Source: Candidatus Limnocylindria bacterium (GTDB lineage: Bacteria > Eisenbacteria > RBG-16-71-46). Taken from it: 64,000 bases of DNA. Below the pieces are notes generated by a model. That model ran no database searches. It had not been told where the DNA came from and worked only from the letters and a program-made list of their open reading frames with translations. Shown piece by piece: positions 19,936 through 29,397 of the stretch. The position numbers and the translations under genes are program-made. Numbering within the stretch: position 1 is the stretch's first letter; the number at the start of each line of letters is the position of its first letter. The DNA lies in NCBI GenBank assembly GCA_035632955.1, contig DASQFU010000048.1:3164-67163 (forward strand), given 5' to 3'.

Positions 19936-20048
19936 GAGATCTCCGGGAGGTCGTGCGGGTGGGATGCAACGACGCCACAGACTAACTGCTTGTCAGGAGC
20001 TGGTCTAGGAGCGGTCTCACCGGCGCCGGGATCGGCGGCTCGATCGCT

Positions 20049-21929
20049 TCATGGAGCGCCGGCCGACACGCTCATCCCGAGCATCTGGGCCAGCCTCCGA
20101 CCCTCCACGTCGTTCGGATTCAGCATCAAGGCCGAGCGGACTGCCGCGACCGCCTTGGTCCGGTCGCCGGCCTGCATCGCCAGGCGGGCCACCATCATGT
20201 GGTGCGCCGGGGAAGGGTTTCCAAGCTCGGCCCCGAGGCGGTTCAACGAATCCGCTCGCGCGAAATCGCCGCGGTTGTACGCGACCGCGGATCGGTTGAT
20301 GGCCACCGTGCCGAAGAACTGGTTGGAGCCGGCCGGCTGCGTGCGCCCCGCGAGATCGAACAGCGAGTCGGCGCTCGCCAAATCCTGAGCCATGAACGAT
20401 CGCATGCCTTGCCGCAACAACTCGAGCGCGCGCGGCTCGACCACCATCGCCACGCGCGCACCTTTGGTCTCGAACTCGACCAGCGCGTCGATCGTGCGTT
20501 CCATGCCTTCCATGCCGCCGAACTTGTTCCAGGTGATCGTGGAGTCGCCGTACCAGACGCGCACCGCGCGCGCCCCCTGGAAGCCGACTTCGCACAACTG
20601 CGGCATGCCCCAGAAGCGGACGTCGGCCCCCCGGGGAAGGCTTGGAAACCGCTGCGTGAGCGCCTCGCGGGTCCCGTCGACCGCATGTTGGAGCCGGACC
20701 AGACGCACGAAGGAGATGTGCGACGGCGTTGCCGGAGGCGTGCCGCTGACGGTCACCGGCGCCGGCGTGGTCAGACCCAACGTGACGAGCCGCAATACCA
20801 CCCATGCGCCCGCGAGCCAGGGACTGGCGAGACCCATCAGTCCGGTGAGCGCGACGCCCAGTCCCAAGGCCGGCAGCGACGCACGCCATGCGTTCCAGTC
20901 CGGCAGCAGCAGCGCCAGCGGGGCGCTCGCGAGCACGAACCATGCGATTCCGCCGAGCAACACCGGCTCGCGCGCCACGAGCCGCGCGCGGGCGGCGCGG
21001 CGCGACAGCAGCACCACGGCGGCCACCACGAGCACGCCATAGAGGGACGCGAAGAACGCGCGCCTTTCACCGGACATTTCTTCCAGGTTCAGATGGGCCA
21101 CGAGCACGCGCAGGAGAATCCCCGCCACCTCCCCGAACGGGAATCCCGACTGCGTCGCGGGCGGCAGCTCGACGCCGCGGGCGCGCGCGATGGTGTACCC
21201 GGCCGCCCACAGCACCAGCACGCCGATCGCGAACGCTCCCGAGATCATCGTGTCGCGCATCCGGCGCGTCCGGAAATACGCCACCACCGGCAGCGCCACC
21301 GGCACGATCACGGCGGCATCGTGACTCAGCACCGCTGCGAGCGCCGCGAGCGCCGCCGTCCATCGCCGCCCGGCCAGGCTCTCGTGGATCGCGCAGGCCA
21401 CGGCGACCATGGCGAGCAGGTGCTGGGCCGCGCTCGGCCAGCCGAGCAGCACGCGCGCGGATTCCCCGAGCAGCGGCGAGGCGGCGATGGCCGCAGCCAC
21501 CGGGGGGGAGAACCCGCGCCGCGCAGAGCGGTAGAGGAGCACGTAGAGCGCGAACAGCAGCACGGCGTGCAGCAGCGCTGCGCCCCACGGCGCGGCGAGC
21601 AGCCAGGGTCCGATCAGCATGAAGTAGAGCTGCCGGCTGAGCGGCCGCCAGTAATAAGAGGCGCCCATGGAGTCGAAGGGATCGAGCGGGCGCTGGAACC
21701 GGAGCCGATCGAGGAACGAATAGTCGTCGACGACGGCCGTGCCGAGCGGCGCTCCCCGACACGCCCACCACAACGCGGCGAGAAACACGATTCCGAGCGC
21801 GAGCCAGGCACTCTCGGGGAGCGCCCGTCCGCGACCGCCGGCGCTCTTCACGGCCACCGCCGCGGCATGCGGCGCGCGGGCTGGGCTCGGAGGCTTGCGG
21901 CGGCGCTCAGTGCGCGAGCGTGTCCGCAT
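20049..21929 (-). CDS. polytopic membrane protein with C-terminal TPR-like domain (ArnT/PMT-like glycosyltransferase fold possible)
   Basis: Long multi-TM N-region followed by a soluble TPR-like C-terminus. Start uncertain; the ORF has an R-rich leader. Confidence 0.55.
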   Translation of the reverse strand: MRTRSRTERRRKPPSPARAPHAAAVAVKSAGGRGRALPESAWLALGIVFLAALWWACRGAPLGTAVVDDYSFLDRLRFQRPLDPFDSMGASYYWRPLSRQLYFMLIGPWLLAAPWGAALLHAVLLFALYVLLYRSARRGFSPPVAAAIAASPLLGESARVLLGWPSAAQHLLAMVAVACAIHESLAGRRWTAALAALAAVLSHDAAVIVPVALPVVAYFRTRRMRDTMISGAFAIGVLVLWAAGYTIARARGVELPPATQSGFPFGEVAGILLRVLVAHLNLEEMSGERRAFFASLYGVLVVAAVVLLSRRAARARLVAREPVLLGGIAWFVLASAPLALLLPDWNAWRASLPALGLGVALTGLMGLASPWLAGAWVVLRLVTLGLTTPAPVTVSGTPPATPSHISFVRLVRLQHAVDGTREALTQRFPSLPRGADVRFWGMPQLCEVGFQGARAVRVWYGDSTITWNKFGGMEGMERTIDALVEFETKGARVAMVVEPRALELLRQGMRSFMAQDLASADSLFDLAGRTQPAGSNQFFGTVAINRSAVAYNRGDFARADSLNRLGAELGNPSPAHHMMVARLAMQAGDRTKAVAAVRSALMLNPNDVEGRRLAQMLGMSVSAGAP

Positions 21930-23715
21930 GCACCGTGTCGGGGGGAAACAAGACGGCGCGCGCGCGCCCGGCGAGCTCCACCTGCAGGGAATCGGTGGGG
22001 GGAAGTGCTGCGGGATCCAGCCAGCCCTTGGCCGTCATGGCGCGCCCGATGAAGTGCATCTGCGCCCGCGCGTCGTCGCGCAACGATCCGTCGGGAGCGA
22101 ATCGGCTTCGCCAGCGGTTCGGCGCCGGGACCACGGTCGAGAGGAACAGCGCCTGGTCGATCGTCAGATCGCTCGGATCGCGGTCGAAATAGTAGCGGGC
22201 GGCTTCACCCGCTCCGTGCACTCCCGGCCCCCACTCGATGATGTTGAGGTAGATCTCGAGCAGGCGCTGCTTCGAGAGACCGGTCAGATGTTCGAGCACC
22301 CAGGCCAGCACGACTTCCTGCCCTTTGCGCGACAAGGTGCGCGCGTGGCCGGCGTACAGGTTGCGGGCGAGTTGCATGGTGATCGTGCCGGCGCCGCGCC
22401 GAAACGCGCCGGCCTTGAGATTCTCGGCGATTGCCTGCTTCACCGCTTCGGGGTTGAAGCCGCGATGGCGGAAGAAGCCGCCGTCCTCGTTGGTCACGAC
22501 CGCGTACACGAGATGCGGCGAGATCCGATCGAGCGGCCGGAAGGACGGATTCGCCTCCGACAGCTCGCGGACCTGCACCTGGCGGCGGGGAAGCTGGATG
22601 GCCGCGACGAACGGGCGGTCGAGGCCGAACAGCGGCAGAGTGGTCCGCGCGGGATCCAGAACGAGTCGGTGGGGGGTCACGTCGGCCTCGAAAGTGACGC
22701 TGTCCGGCTGCGAGAGATCGAGATCGAGAGCCAGCCGATAGTCCCACGAGCCTCGCACCTTCACCAGCAACAGCGGTCCGAGCACCGAGGGCGGCAGGCT
22801 TCGCACCACCTGGTCTTCCGTCACGCCCTCCGCTCGGGCCTCGACCTGCAGCGCGGGGCCGCGCCGCTCGAGCCGACCGTGAAGCGCGACCGGCAAGCGG
22901 CCGATCGTGATCGTCGTCGAATCGCCGATCGCGACGCGGCCGGCGAGCCGGCTCTGGTGGAGCGTGCCGCGCATGGTGACCAGCACGGTGTCCACGCGTT
23001 TGCGCTCGGGGTCGGAGACCAGAAAGCGTGCACCGCCCGAAAGTCGGTCATCGCGCCCGTAGGCGAGGCTGAGCGCGAACGGAATCTCGCGCTCCAGCAG
23101 CAGAGCGCCGGTGGCCGCGAGCCGGATGCCGCCGCCGGCCGGGGTGAGGTCGAGCCAGCCGATCCGCACACCACGCCACAGCGCCTCGTCACTCGAGCCG
23201 CTCGTGACCTCGAGATCGGTGAAGGACAAACGAGGCAACTGCCGGGCGGGCGCGACCGCCAGCCGCACGAGCGCGTCGACGGAGCGTTTCAGGCGTGCCG
23301 TGCGCGCCGCCCCAGCCGACCCGCGCCGTCGTGGATCGGGATCGGGAACCAGCGTATCGGCCACGGCCGCGCGCGCGGCCGGCAGGCGCAAGCGTGCGTG
23401 CCACAAATCGAGACTGCCGAGCTGAGGGGAAAGGCGAAACAGCGAGCCCCACTCGATCGCAACCAGCGCCGAATCGGCCCGAAACAAGGTGTCGCCGCCC
23501 GCCCGCCTGCGGAGCTTCAAGCCGCTCACAGCCCAACGCCCGGGGCCCTGGCCGCGCAACGCTCGCCACGACGCTTCGAGACCGCGCCCACCGGCCGCGG
23601 CGCGGAGCTTGTGGGCGACGAACCCCGACGTCAGAGGTCCGATCAGGAGCCATGCGAGCAGGAGGACGGCGGCGGCTGCGATCGCCGCGCGCAACGGAGC
23701 CGAGGCAAAAGCCAT
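21907..23715 (-). CDS. GT51 peptidoglycan transglycosylase domain protein with large N-terminal (AsmA-like?) extension
   Basis: N-terminal TM/signal. C-terminal 'EDGGFFRHRGFNPEA' and 'GAGTITMQLARN' GT51 motifs. Confidence 0.75.
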   Translation of the reverse strand: MAFASAPLRAAIAAAAVLLLAWLLIGPLTSGFVAHKLRAAAGGRGLEASWRALRGQGPGRWAVSGLKLRRRAGGDTLFRADSALVAIEWGSLFRLSPQLGSLDLWHARLRLPAARAAVADTLVPDPDPRRRGSAGAARTARLKRSVDALVRLAVAPARQLPRLSFTDLEVTSGSSDEALWRGVRIGWLDLTPAGGGIRLAATGALLLEREIPFALSLAYGRDDRLSGGARFLVSDPERKRVDTVLVTMRGTLHQSRLAGRVAIGDSTTITIGRLPVALHGRLERRGPALQVEARAEGVTEDQVVRSLPPSVLGPLLLVKVRGSWDYRLALDLDLSQPDSVTFEADVTPHRLVLDPARTTLPLFGLDRPFVAAIQLPRRQVQVRELSEANPSFRPLDRISPHLVYAVVTNEDGGFFRHRGFNPEAVKQAIAENLKAGAFRRGAGTITMQLARNLYAGHARTLSRKGQEVVLAWVLEHLTGLSKQRLLEIYLNIIEWGPGVHGAGEAARYYFDRDPSDLTIDQALFLSTVVPAPNRWRSRFAPDGSLRDDARAQMHFIGRAMTAKGWLDPAALPPTDSLQVELAGRARAVLFPPDTVHADTLAH

Positions 23716-23807
23716 GATGGATGATGAACTCTAGCCGCTCGCGGAAGGAGAAGCGAGGGCCGCGCGTCCTGGTTCGAAGCGTCGTCGGCTGCGTTCGTTG
23801 CCGCGAC

Positions 23808-24707
23808 TCAGACGACCTGAGCTCGCTGTCCCGCCTGCCACTCGGCGTAGAGGGACTCGATCTCCGCGACGAACGAGCCGTGGCGGGCTACCCAACCGAG
23901 ATCGCGCCGCGCCTTGAGGGCGATCGCTTGCTGGCTCATGAGCATCGCTTCCGCGGCCGAGCCCGGCCGCGCCGACTCGGCGCCGCCGGAGCGCACCTGT
24001 GCGCCCGTCACGCGCGCGACCGCCTCCGCGAGCTCGCGGACGGTATGGCGGCTCTCGTCCACCAGCAGAAAGCGCTGGCCCATGGCCGCGTGCTCGAGCG
24101 CCAGCCGGTACCCCTCCGCCACGTCGTCGCGATGCACCATGGTCCAGCGCTGGCTTCCGTCGCCGGGAATGGTCACGACGCCGGACTGCCGCGCGGAGCG
24201 GAACCAGCCCCCGAACGTCCCACCCGTCTCTCCATAGACCATTCCCGGGCGCAAGACGACGGCCACGACCTCGTCGTTCCCGAGATCGAGGGCGATCTCT
24301 TCATGCGCCGGTCGCCAGGACACGCGGGCCGCGGGGTGGAGCGGCGCGCTCTCGTCGACGATCGTCGAGCCCGTGTCGCCATGCACCCAGACGCCGCTCG
24401 TGTAGAGCAGGTGGCGGACGCGTCCGTCACGCGCCGCGGCGTGCACCATCTCGAGCGCCCGCTGATCCTGCCGTGCCGCGTCGGCCTGGTCGTAGGCGGC
24501 GTGAACGACGGCATCGCAGTTCTTGACGGTCGCGAGCCACTCGCCCGGATTCGCGAGGTCGCCGAGCACAGGATGAATACCGGCGGCGGCGAGCGAATCG
24601 GCGCGCTCGGCGCTATGGGTGAGCCCGTGGACCTCGTGGTCGCGGCGCAGGCGCGCGGCGATCGCGCTGCCGAGATACCCAGTCGCACCGGTCACGAAAA
24701 CTCTCAT
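23808..24707 (-). CDS. NAD(P)-dependent epimerase/dehydratase family protein
   Basis: 'MRVFVTGATGYLGSAI' Rossmann GxxGxxG motif. Confidence 0.8.
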   Translation of the reverse strand: MRVFVTGATGYLGSAIAARLRRDHEVHGLTHSAERADSLAAAGIHPVLGDLANPGEWLATVKNCDAVVHAAYDQADAARQDQRALEMVHAAARDGRVRHLLYTSGVWVHGDTGSTIVDESAPLHPAARVSWRPAHEEIALDLGNDEVVAVVLRPGMVYGETGGTFGGWFRSARQSGVVTIPGDGSQRWTMVHRDDVAEGYRLALEHAAMGQRFLLVDESRHTVRELAEAVARVTGAQVRSGGAESARPGSAAEAMLMSQQAIALKARRDLGWVARHGSFVAEIESLYAEWQAGQRAQVV

Positions 24708-24856
24708 GGTGGATCACTCCGTCGTTTTGGCGTCGGCGTCGCAGGCCCGCGAGTTCGAATCGTTGGATAGCGTCGAGTCCCACAGGGTCCGGACGTCTTT
24801 GCGTCGACCCGAACGTTTCGCTCCGACGTCGAGTGGCGGCCGGAACCGGACGTGAT

Positions 24857-25228
24857 TCACGCTCCGTCGCCGCGGAAGGTGCAACGGGCGGTGCAGGTTT
24901 CGTACACCGTCAGCTCGACCAACTCGGGCAACAGCGGCTTCAGTCGGCGCCAGAGCCACAGGCACAGCAGCTCCGAGGTCGCGTTCTCGAGCCCCGGAAT
25001 TTCGTTCAACACGCGATGGTCCAGCTCGTCGCGCAGCAGCGGTTCGACGTGCGCCGTGATCTCGCCGAAGTCGATCAGCCAGCCGAGGTGTGGGTCGACC
25101 TCGCCGGCCACCCGCACGTCCACGCGGAATGAATGCCCGTGCATCCGATGACACTTGTGCCCGGCCGGGACCATCGGCAGCCGGTGCGCCGCCTCGAAGC
25201 GATACTCCTTGCTGAGCTCGACCCGCAC
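24857..25228 (-). CDS. queD: 6-carboxy-5,6,7,8-tetrahydropterin synthase QueD
   Basis: ORF trimmed to the GTG 6 nt after the queC stop. 'ELSKEYRFEAAHRLP', the 'CHRMHGHSF' zinc motif and the terminal 'ETCTARCTFRG' match QueD. Confidence 0.85.
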   Translation of the reverse strand: MRVELSKEYRFEAAHRLPMVPAGHKCHRMHGHSFRVDVRVAGEVDPHLGWLIDFGEITAHVEPLLRDELDHRVLNEIPGLENATSELLCLWLWRRLKPLLPELVELTVYETCTARCTFRGDGA

Positions 25229-25233
25229 GAGAT

Positions 25234-25965
25234 CTAAGACGCGAGCGGCGCCGCGTAGCGCAGCGGATCGGGGACGCCGGCGGCGTGAAAGCCCTTCCGG
25301 CGCAACTGGCAGGCGTCGCAACCGCCGCACGGAGCGCCATCCGGAGCCGGGTCGTAACACGAATGCGTGAGGCCGAAGTCGACGCCGAGCGAGAGACCGA
25401 GCCGCACGATCCCGGCCTTGTCGAGCGCCATCAGCGGGGCGTGGGTCTTGAACTCGGCGCCGGCGACGCCGGCCCGCGTCGCCACGCGCGCCAGGGCATC
25501 GAACGCCGCGAGAAACTCGGGCCGGCAGTCCGGATAGCCGGAGTAGTCGAGCGCGTTCATGCCGGCGACGAGATCGCGCGCGCCGAGCACTTCGGCGAGG
25601 CCGAGCGCGACCGTGAGAAACGTCGCGTTGCGCGCGGGCACGTAGGTGATCGGGATCTCGGCGCCGAGCTCGGCGAGGGGTCGATGCTTCGGCACTGCCG
25701 GATCGCCGGTCAGTGCGGAGCCGCCGATCGCGCGCAGGTCGACCGCGACCTCGCGATGGCTCCGGGCGCCCAGCGCGCGCGAGACGCGGTGCGCGGCCGC
25801 GAGCTCGACGCGATGGCGCTGCCGATAGTCGATGGCCAGCGAATGACACTCGAATCCGGCCGCGCGCGCCCAGGCGAGACAGGTCGATGAATCCATGCCG
25901 CCGGACAGCAGCACCACCGCGAGGCGTCCCGCGCCGCTTGGAGTCGTGGCCGGGCGCTCCGTCAC
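25234..25965 (-). CDS. queC: 7-cyano-7-deazaguanine synthase QueC
   Basis: GTG overlapping the queE stop (GTGA). 'VVLLSGGMDSST' PP-loop. C-terminal Cys cluster CGGCDAC. Confidence 0.85.
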   Translation of the reverse strand: MTERPATTPSGAGRLAVVLLSGGMDSSTCLAWARAAGFECHSLAIDYRQRHRVELAAAHRVSRALGARSHREVAVDLRAIGGSALTGDPAVPKHRPLAELGAEIPITYVPARNATFLTVALGLAEVLGARDLVAGMNALDYSGYPDCRPEFLAAFDALARVATRAGVAGAEFKTHAPLMALDKAGIVRLGLSLGVDFGLTHSCYDPAPDGAPCGGCDACQLRRKGFHAAGVPDPLRYAAPLAS

Positions 25966-26627
25966 ACGCCCCGCCTCGCGCCCCACATCCAGACGTGGAG
26001 TCTTGGACTCAGGCGCAGGCCCTCGCGCTTGCAAAGCTCGGCGAGCCCGGTGGCGCGCTCGCGCAGCGTCTGATCGGTCACGCCCTCCGGCATCAGTGCG
26101 ACCCGGGCGCGCGGCAGATCCCACTCGCGGATCAACCGGATCGCGTCGACCGGGTCCGGGGGATCTCCGACCACGAGCTTGAACGTGGCGTTCGGCTCCG
26201 CCTTCCACGCCGCGACGTGACGCCACGTGTCCTGCCATTGCAGAGTGGCCGAAGGGAGCTTGGGAGAGACGTTGTAGGAGAGGCGCGGGTGCGCGAGCGG
26301 TGGTGGCCGCACGCCGCTGGTCTCGACTTCGACGCGGGACCAGCGCTCGAGCGCTTGCGCGAGAAGCTCCGGCAGCGACGGATGCTCGAGCGGCTCGCCC
26401 CCGGTCACGACCAGCAGCGGCGCAATTCCGAGCGCCTGCGCCTCGTCCCACAGCCGCTCGAGCGTCATGTCGGCGCCGCCCTGCGGGTCCCACGAGTACT
26501 TCGTGTCGCACCAGCGGCAGCCGACGTCACAACCCTGGAGGCGCAGGAAATGGGCCGGGGTCCCGACCGAAGGGCCCTCGCCCTGAAGCGAAAGGAACAG
26601 CTCGCTGATGCGGACGCCGGTGCTCAT
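25962..26627 (-). CDS. queE: 7-carboxy-7-deazaguanine synthase QueE (radical SAM)
   Basis: ATG at 26627. 'LQGCDVGCRWCDTKY' radical-SAM cysteine motif. Size ~220 aa. Confidence 0.85.
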   Translation of the reverse strand: MSTGVRISELFLSLQGEGPSVGTPAHFLRLQGCDVGCRWCDTKYSWDPQGGADMTLERLWDEAQALGIAPLLVVTGGEPLEHPSLPELLAQALERWSRVEVETSGVRPPPLAHPRLSYNVSPKLPSATLQWQDTWRHVAAWKAEPNATFKLVVGDPPDPVDAIRLIREWDLPRARVALMPEGVTDQTLRERATGLAELCKREGLRLSPRLHVWMWGARRGV

Positions 26628-26711
26628 GACGTCACGATAGTGGGCGCCGAACGCGCACCGCAAGCCGCTGGAAGCGTGGCATGGCAGTGAGAATCGCGAC
26701 GGCCGATGCGA

Positions 26712-27479
26712 CTAAAGCGCGTCGAACGTGCCGGGCGGGAACCCCTCGACGGTCTCGATGTGGCGCGTGTAGACCGTGCGGTTGCCGTTGCGCTTGGCGG
26801 TCGGAAACCAGAGTCGACCGTGCTCTTCCCAGCCTTCCAGCGTCCACGTGTCGGCGGGCGGCTGGTTGCCCTCGAGCACCATCTCCCAGGTCTCGATCCG
26901 GTGCGTTGCGCGATCGACCGATACCCAATAGCGGTCGCCGGGCGTCTCGCCGACGTCGGCGAACGTCAGCGCCAGCCGGTCGTGCATCTTCCCGTTCGCG
27001 CGCGACTCGCCGTCCATCTTCACGGTGACGCCCGGGTCGCGCAGCTTGTAGGGCATGAACGCCCAGTACGCGTCGTTGATCCAGAGCGAGGTCCCGAGCT
27101 TCAGCAGCTTCTGCAGCGAGTCGCCCTCGATCGCTTTCCCATCGACCCACGCGCGACCCTCCGGCTGAGAGATCCGGTGGACGATCACGAGACGCTGGCC
27201 CGCGCGGTTCTTTCCTTCGACGCGATGCCAACCCGTGCGCTTGTCCCATGCATGCCGGCGATCGGTGCGAATCGTGTCGTTGAGGGCGTACTCGAACGAC
27301 CAGCGCACCCCGGCCAGCGAGTCCCAGCGCTCGCCACCGCCGAGCGCGTGGCGAACCTGGTCGGCGATCTGCACGGCTCTTGGATCGGAGTCTGCCTGAC
27401 TCGGAGCCGGCAGGGCCAAAACCCCGGCGACGGCGATCAGGGTCAGCCATCGCCCGATCGGCCCTGGCCGGGTTTTCAA
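26712..27479 (-). CDS. hypothetical secreted protein
   Basis: ORF trimmed to the TTG at 27479, which overlaps the upstream stop (TTGA coupling). The ORF-track start would otherwise overlap the zinc-ribbon gene. Signal peptide KTRPGPIGRWLTLIAVAGVLALPAPSQA. Confidence 0.55.
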   Translation of the reverse strand: MKTRPGPIGRWLTLIAVAGVLALPAPSQADSDPRAVQIADQVRHALGGGERWDSLAGVRWSFEYALNDTIRTDRRHAWDKRTGWHRVEGKNRAGQRLVIVHRISQPEGRAWVDGKAIEGDSLQKLLKLGTSLWINDAYWAFMPYKLRDPGVTVKMDGESRANGKMHDRLALTFADVGETPGDRYWVSVDRATHRIETWEMVLEGNQPPADTWTLEGWEEHGRLWFPTAKRNGNRTVYTRHIETVEGFPPGTFDAL

Positions 27480-27649
27480 TGGGAGCCGTCCCGAGTCAGG
27501 TCGAACTGCTTGCCGCAGTTGAAGCACTTCCAGTGGTAGGCGTCCTGATCCGCGGGCCAGCGGACATGGTCGTGGCGCCCGCAACCGGGGCACGAGATCT
27601 GAACCCGCTCGGAAGCAGCGGTCGAGGAATCGCTGGTCGCGTCGCTCAT
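27476..27649 (-). CDS. small zinc-ribbon protein (57 aa, CPGC...CFNC)
   Basis: Not in the ORF track (<60 aa). Hand translation: MSDATSDSSTAASERVQISCPGCGRHDHVRWPADQDAYHWKCFNCGKQFDLTRDGSH. Two CxxC pairs. Stop overlaps the downstream start. Confidence 0.45.
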   Translation of the reverse strand: MSDATSDSSTAASERVQISCPGCGRHDHVRWPADQDAYHWKCFNCGKQFDLTRDGSH

Positions 27650-27722
27650 GGAATGGCTCGTGGCTCCCGGGAGTGGTCTCGGCGCCGAGGCGCCGGTGTA
27701 TGGATCGGGGCCGAGTCTAGCA

Positions 27723-28100
27723 CTACGAACGCGAGGAGATACGCCGTTCTCCGGTCAGAATCTCGACCAGCCGAACGGTGAAGGCCGAGCGCGGAAGGAT
27801 CTGATCCGCGCCCGCCGCACGGGCGGCGTCGTAGAGGTGGCGCTCGACGTGCGGGTAATACGCGACCAGCGGAACGGCTGCGAGACGCGGCTCGTTCTTG
27901 AACTCCCGCACCAGGGCGACTGGATCGTCTGGCGCCTCCAGATCGAGGATCACAAGGTCCGGCGGACGCTCGCGGCAACGCTCCAGCACCTGCGTCCGGA
28001 CCAGGGACAGAGCCTCGACGCCGTGCTGCCGCGCCGTCTCGGTGATCCGGGTCGCGAACAAGAGATCCGGCACGACCAGATAGACAGAGCGTCCGCTCAT
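27723..28100 (-). CDS. receiver (REC)-like single-domain protein, divergent
   Basis: CheY-like a/b pattern. 'DLVILDLEAPD' with Asp at the expected phospho-acceptor position. The N-terminal acidic pair is degenerate (PD). Confidence 0.4.
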   Translation of the reverse strand: MSGRSVYLVVPDLLFATRITETARQHGVEALSLVRTQVLERCRERPPDLVILDLEAPDDPVALVREFKNEPRLAAVPLVAYYPHVERHLYDAARAAGADQILPRSAFTVRLVEILTGERRISSRS

Positions 28101-28402
28101 GATAGTCCTCGACGGCTCACCGCCCGCGGCCCGATCTCTGGGCCCAAGGTCGGCGTCGTGCGTCTTGCAATGGGTGACGGCGCTCCAGAACTAATCGCTC
28201 TCGATCCGGCCATTGACAGTGCCCCGAGCCCGGACCATATTGGACTCGTAGCGCGACGTCTTCGGGGAACTCGGTCGTGACGTTACCGGCCGGGGATTTG
28301 GATTGTGGCTCGGCTCTCCCGACCGGCGAACTCGGTCGCGACGAACCGCAGACGGCGTTACGGGGGCGCGCTGGCGCAACGGTGCGCGTCCCTTCGATGG
28401 AA

Positions 28403-28437
28403 ACGACGGTGGGGCCTTTCCCGCCGTCGTTTTTTTG
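28403..28437 (+). terminator. intrinsic terminator-like hairpin + T7 run with no annotated plus-strand gene upstream
   Basis: ACGACGGTGGGG-loop-CCCGCCGTCGT followed by TTTTTTT, read from sequence. Confidence 0.5.
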
Positions 28438-28565
28438 GGTGTCGTTTCTCTCTTGAGACTCTCGCGTGCCGTCACCTGACACGGCGCGCCTCTTCGAACG
28501 GTCCATGGAAAGCGAAAGCCCCGACAGCCGAGTGGCTGCCGGGGCCTGACGCTGATACGTACGCC

Positions 28566-29333
28566 TTAACGGTAGAGCTGCTTGATCGTGCCCCACGTCG
28601 ACGACTGCACCGCCGTCGGCGGGTTGCCGAACTCGCCGTTCGGCTGAGCGCTGTAGCCGGCCGGCAGGATGCAGAGCCCGTTGCCCGAGCCGTTCGGGCA
28701 CCAGGTTCCGAACAGATTACCGAGCCCGGTTCCCTGCACGCGCACGAAGTACGTGCCGGCCGGCGGGCCCGTGAACTGGAAGTCGGCGTCGAACTCGTGC
28801 GTGTATTGATTCGGCGGTCCGCCCGGAAGCTCCCTAACCGTGGTGACGAAGTTCGAGAGCGTGCCGGAGAGGATCACGGTGCCGTCGGCGAACCGGGCGG
28901 GCACCTGTGCGTTGGGCGGGTTCGGCGCCAGCGTCGCCAGCGTCGGCGCGTCCGGAGTCGTGTCCTCGTAGATGATGAAGCTGCCGCCGCTGTAGCTCGT
29001 CACGTACTTGGTTCCGGTGACGAAATACGGCGTGGTGACGGTGCCGTTCGAAACCAGGCCCGCGAACACCAGCGTGTATTCCTTGCTGGGATCCTGAGCG
29101 TCCAGATCCTGGAACGGCTGGCAGAACAGAGTGATCTTGCCGACGACCGTCAGCTGACTTCCGATAACCGAGTTGAAGGTCGCAGGGTTGTAGTTGGTCT
29201 CGTAGGCAAAGGTGTTGGTGTCGAACTCGATCATCGGAGCGCCGGTTTGTCCACACTGGGCATGCGCCGAGGACGCAAAGGCGCCGGTGGCCAGTAGCCC
29301 CAGCGTCACCGCCATCCCGAGCTTGCTCTTCAT
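28566..29333 (-). CDS. secreted hypothetical protein, paralog A (C-terminal ...STWGTIKQLYR)
   Basis: Signal peptide MKSKLGMAVTLGLLATGAFASSAHA. Shares architecture and C-terminal tail with the adjacent gene. Confidence 0.65.
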   Translation of the reverse strand: MKSKLGMAVTLGLLATGAFASSAHAQCGQTGAPMIEFDTNTFAYETNYNPATFNSVIGSQLTVVGKITLFCQPFQDLDAQDPSKEYTLVFAGLVSNGTVTTPYFVTGTKYVTSYSGGSFIIYEDTTPDAPTLATLAPNPPNAQVPARFADGTVILSGTLSNFVTTVRELPGGPPNQYTHEFDADFQFTGPPAGTYFVRVQGTGLGNLFGTWCPNGSGNGLCILPAGYSAQPNGEFGNPPTAVQSSTWGTIKQLYR

Positions 29334-29397
29334 TTGGGAACCTCCATCGGATTGCATCACGGTCACGAAGGACCGTGACGGAGCTGTCGGTTGAAGA

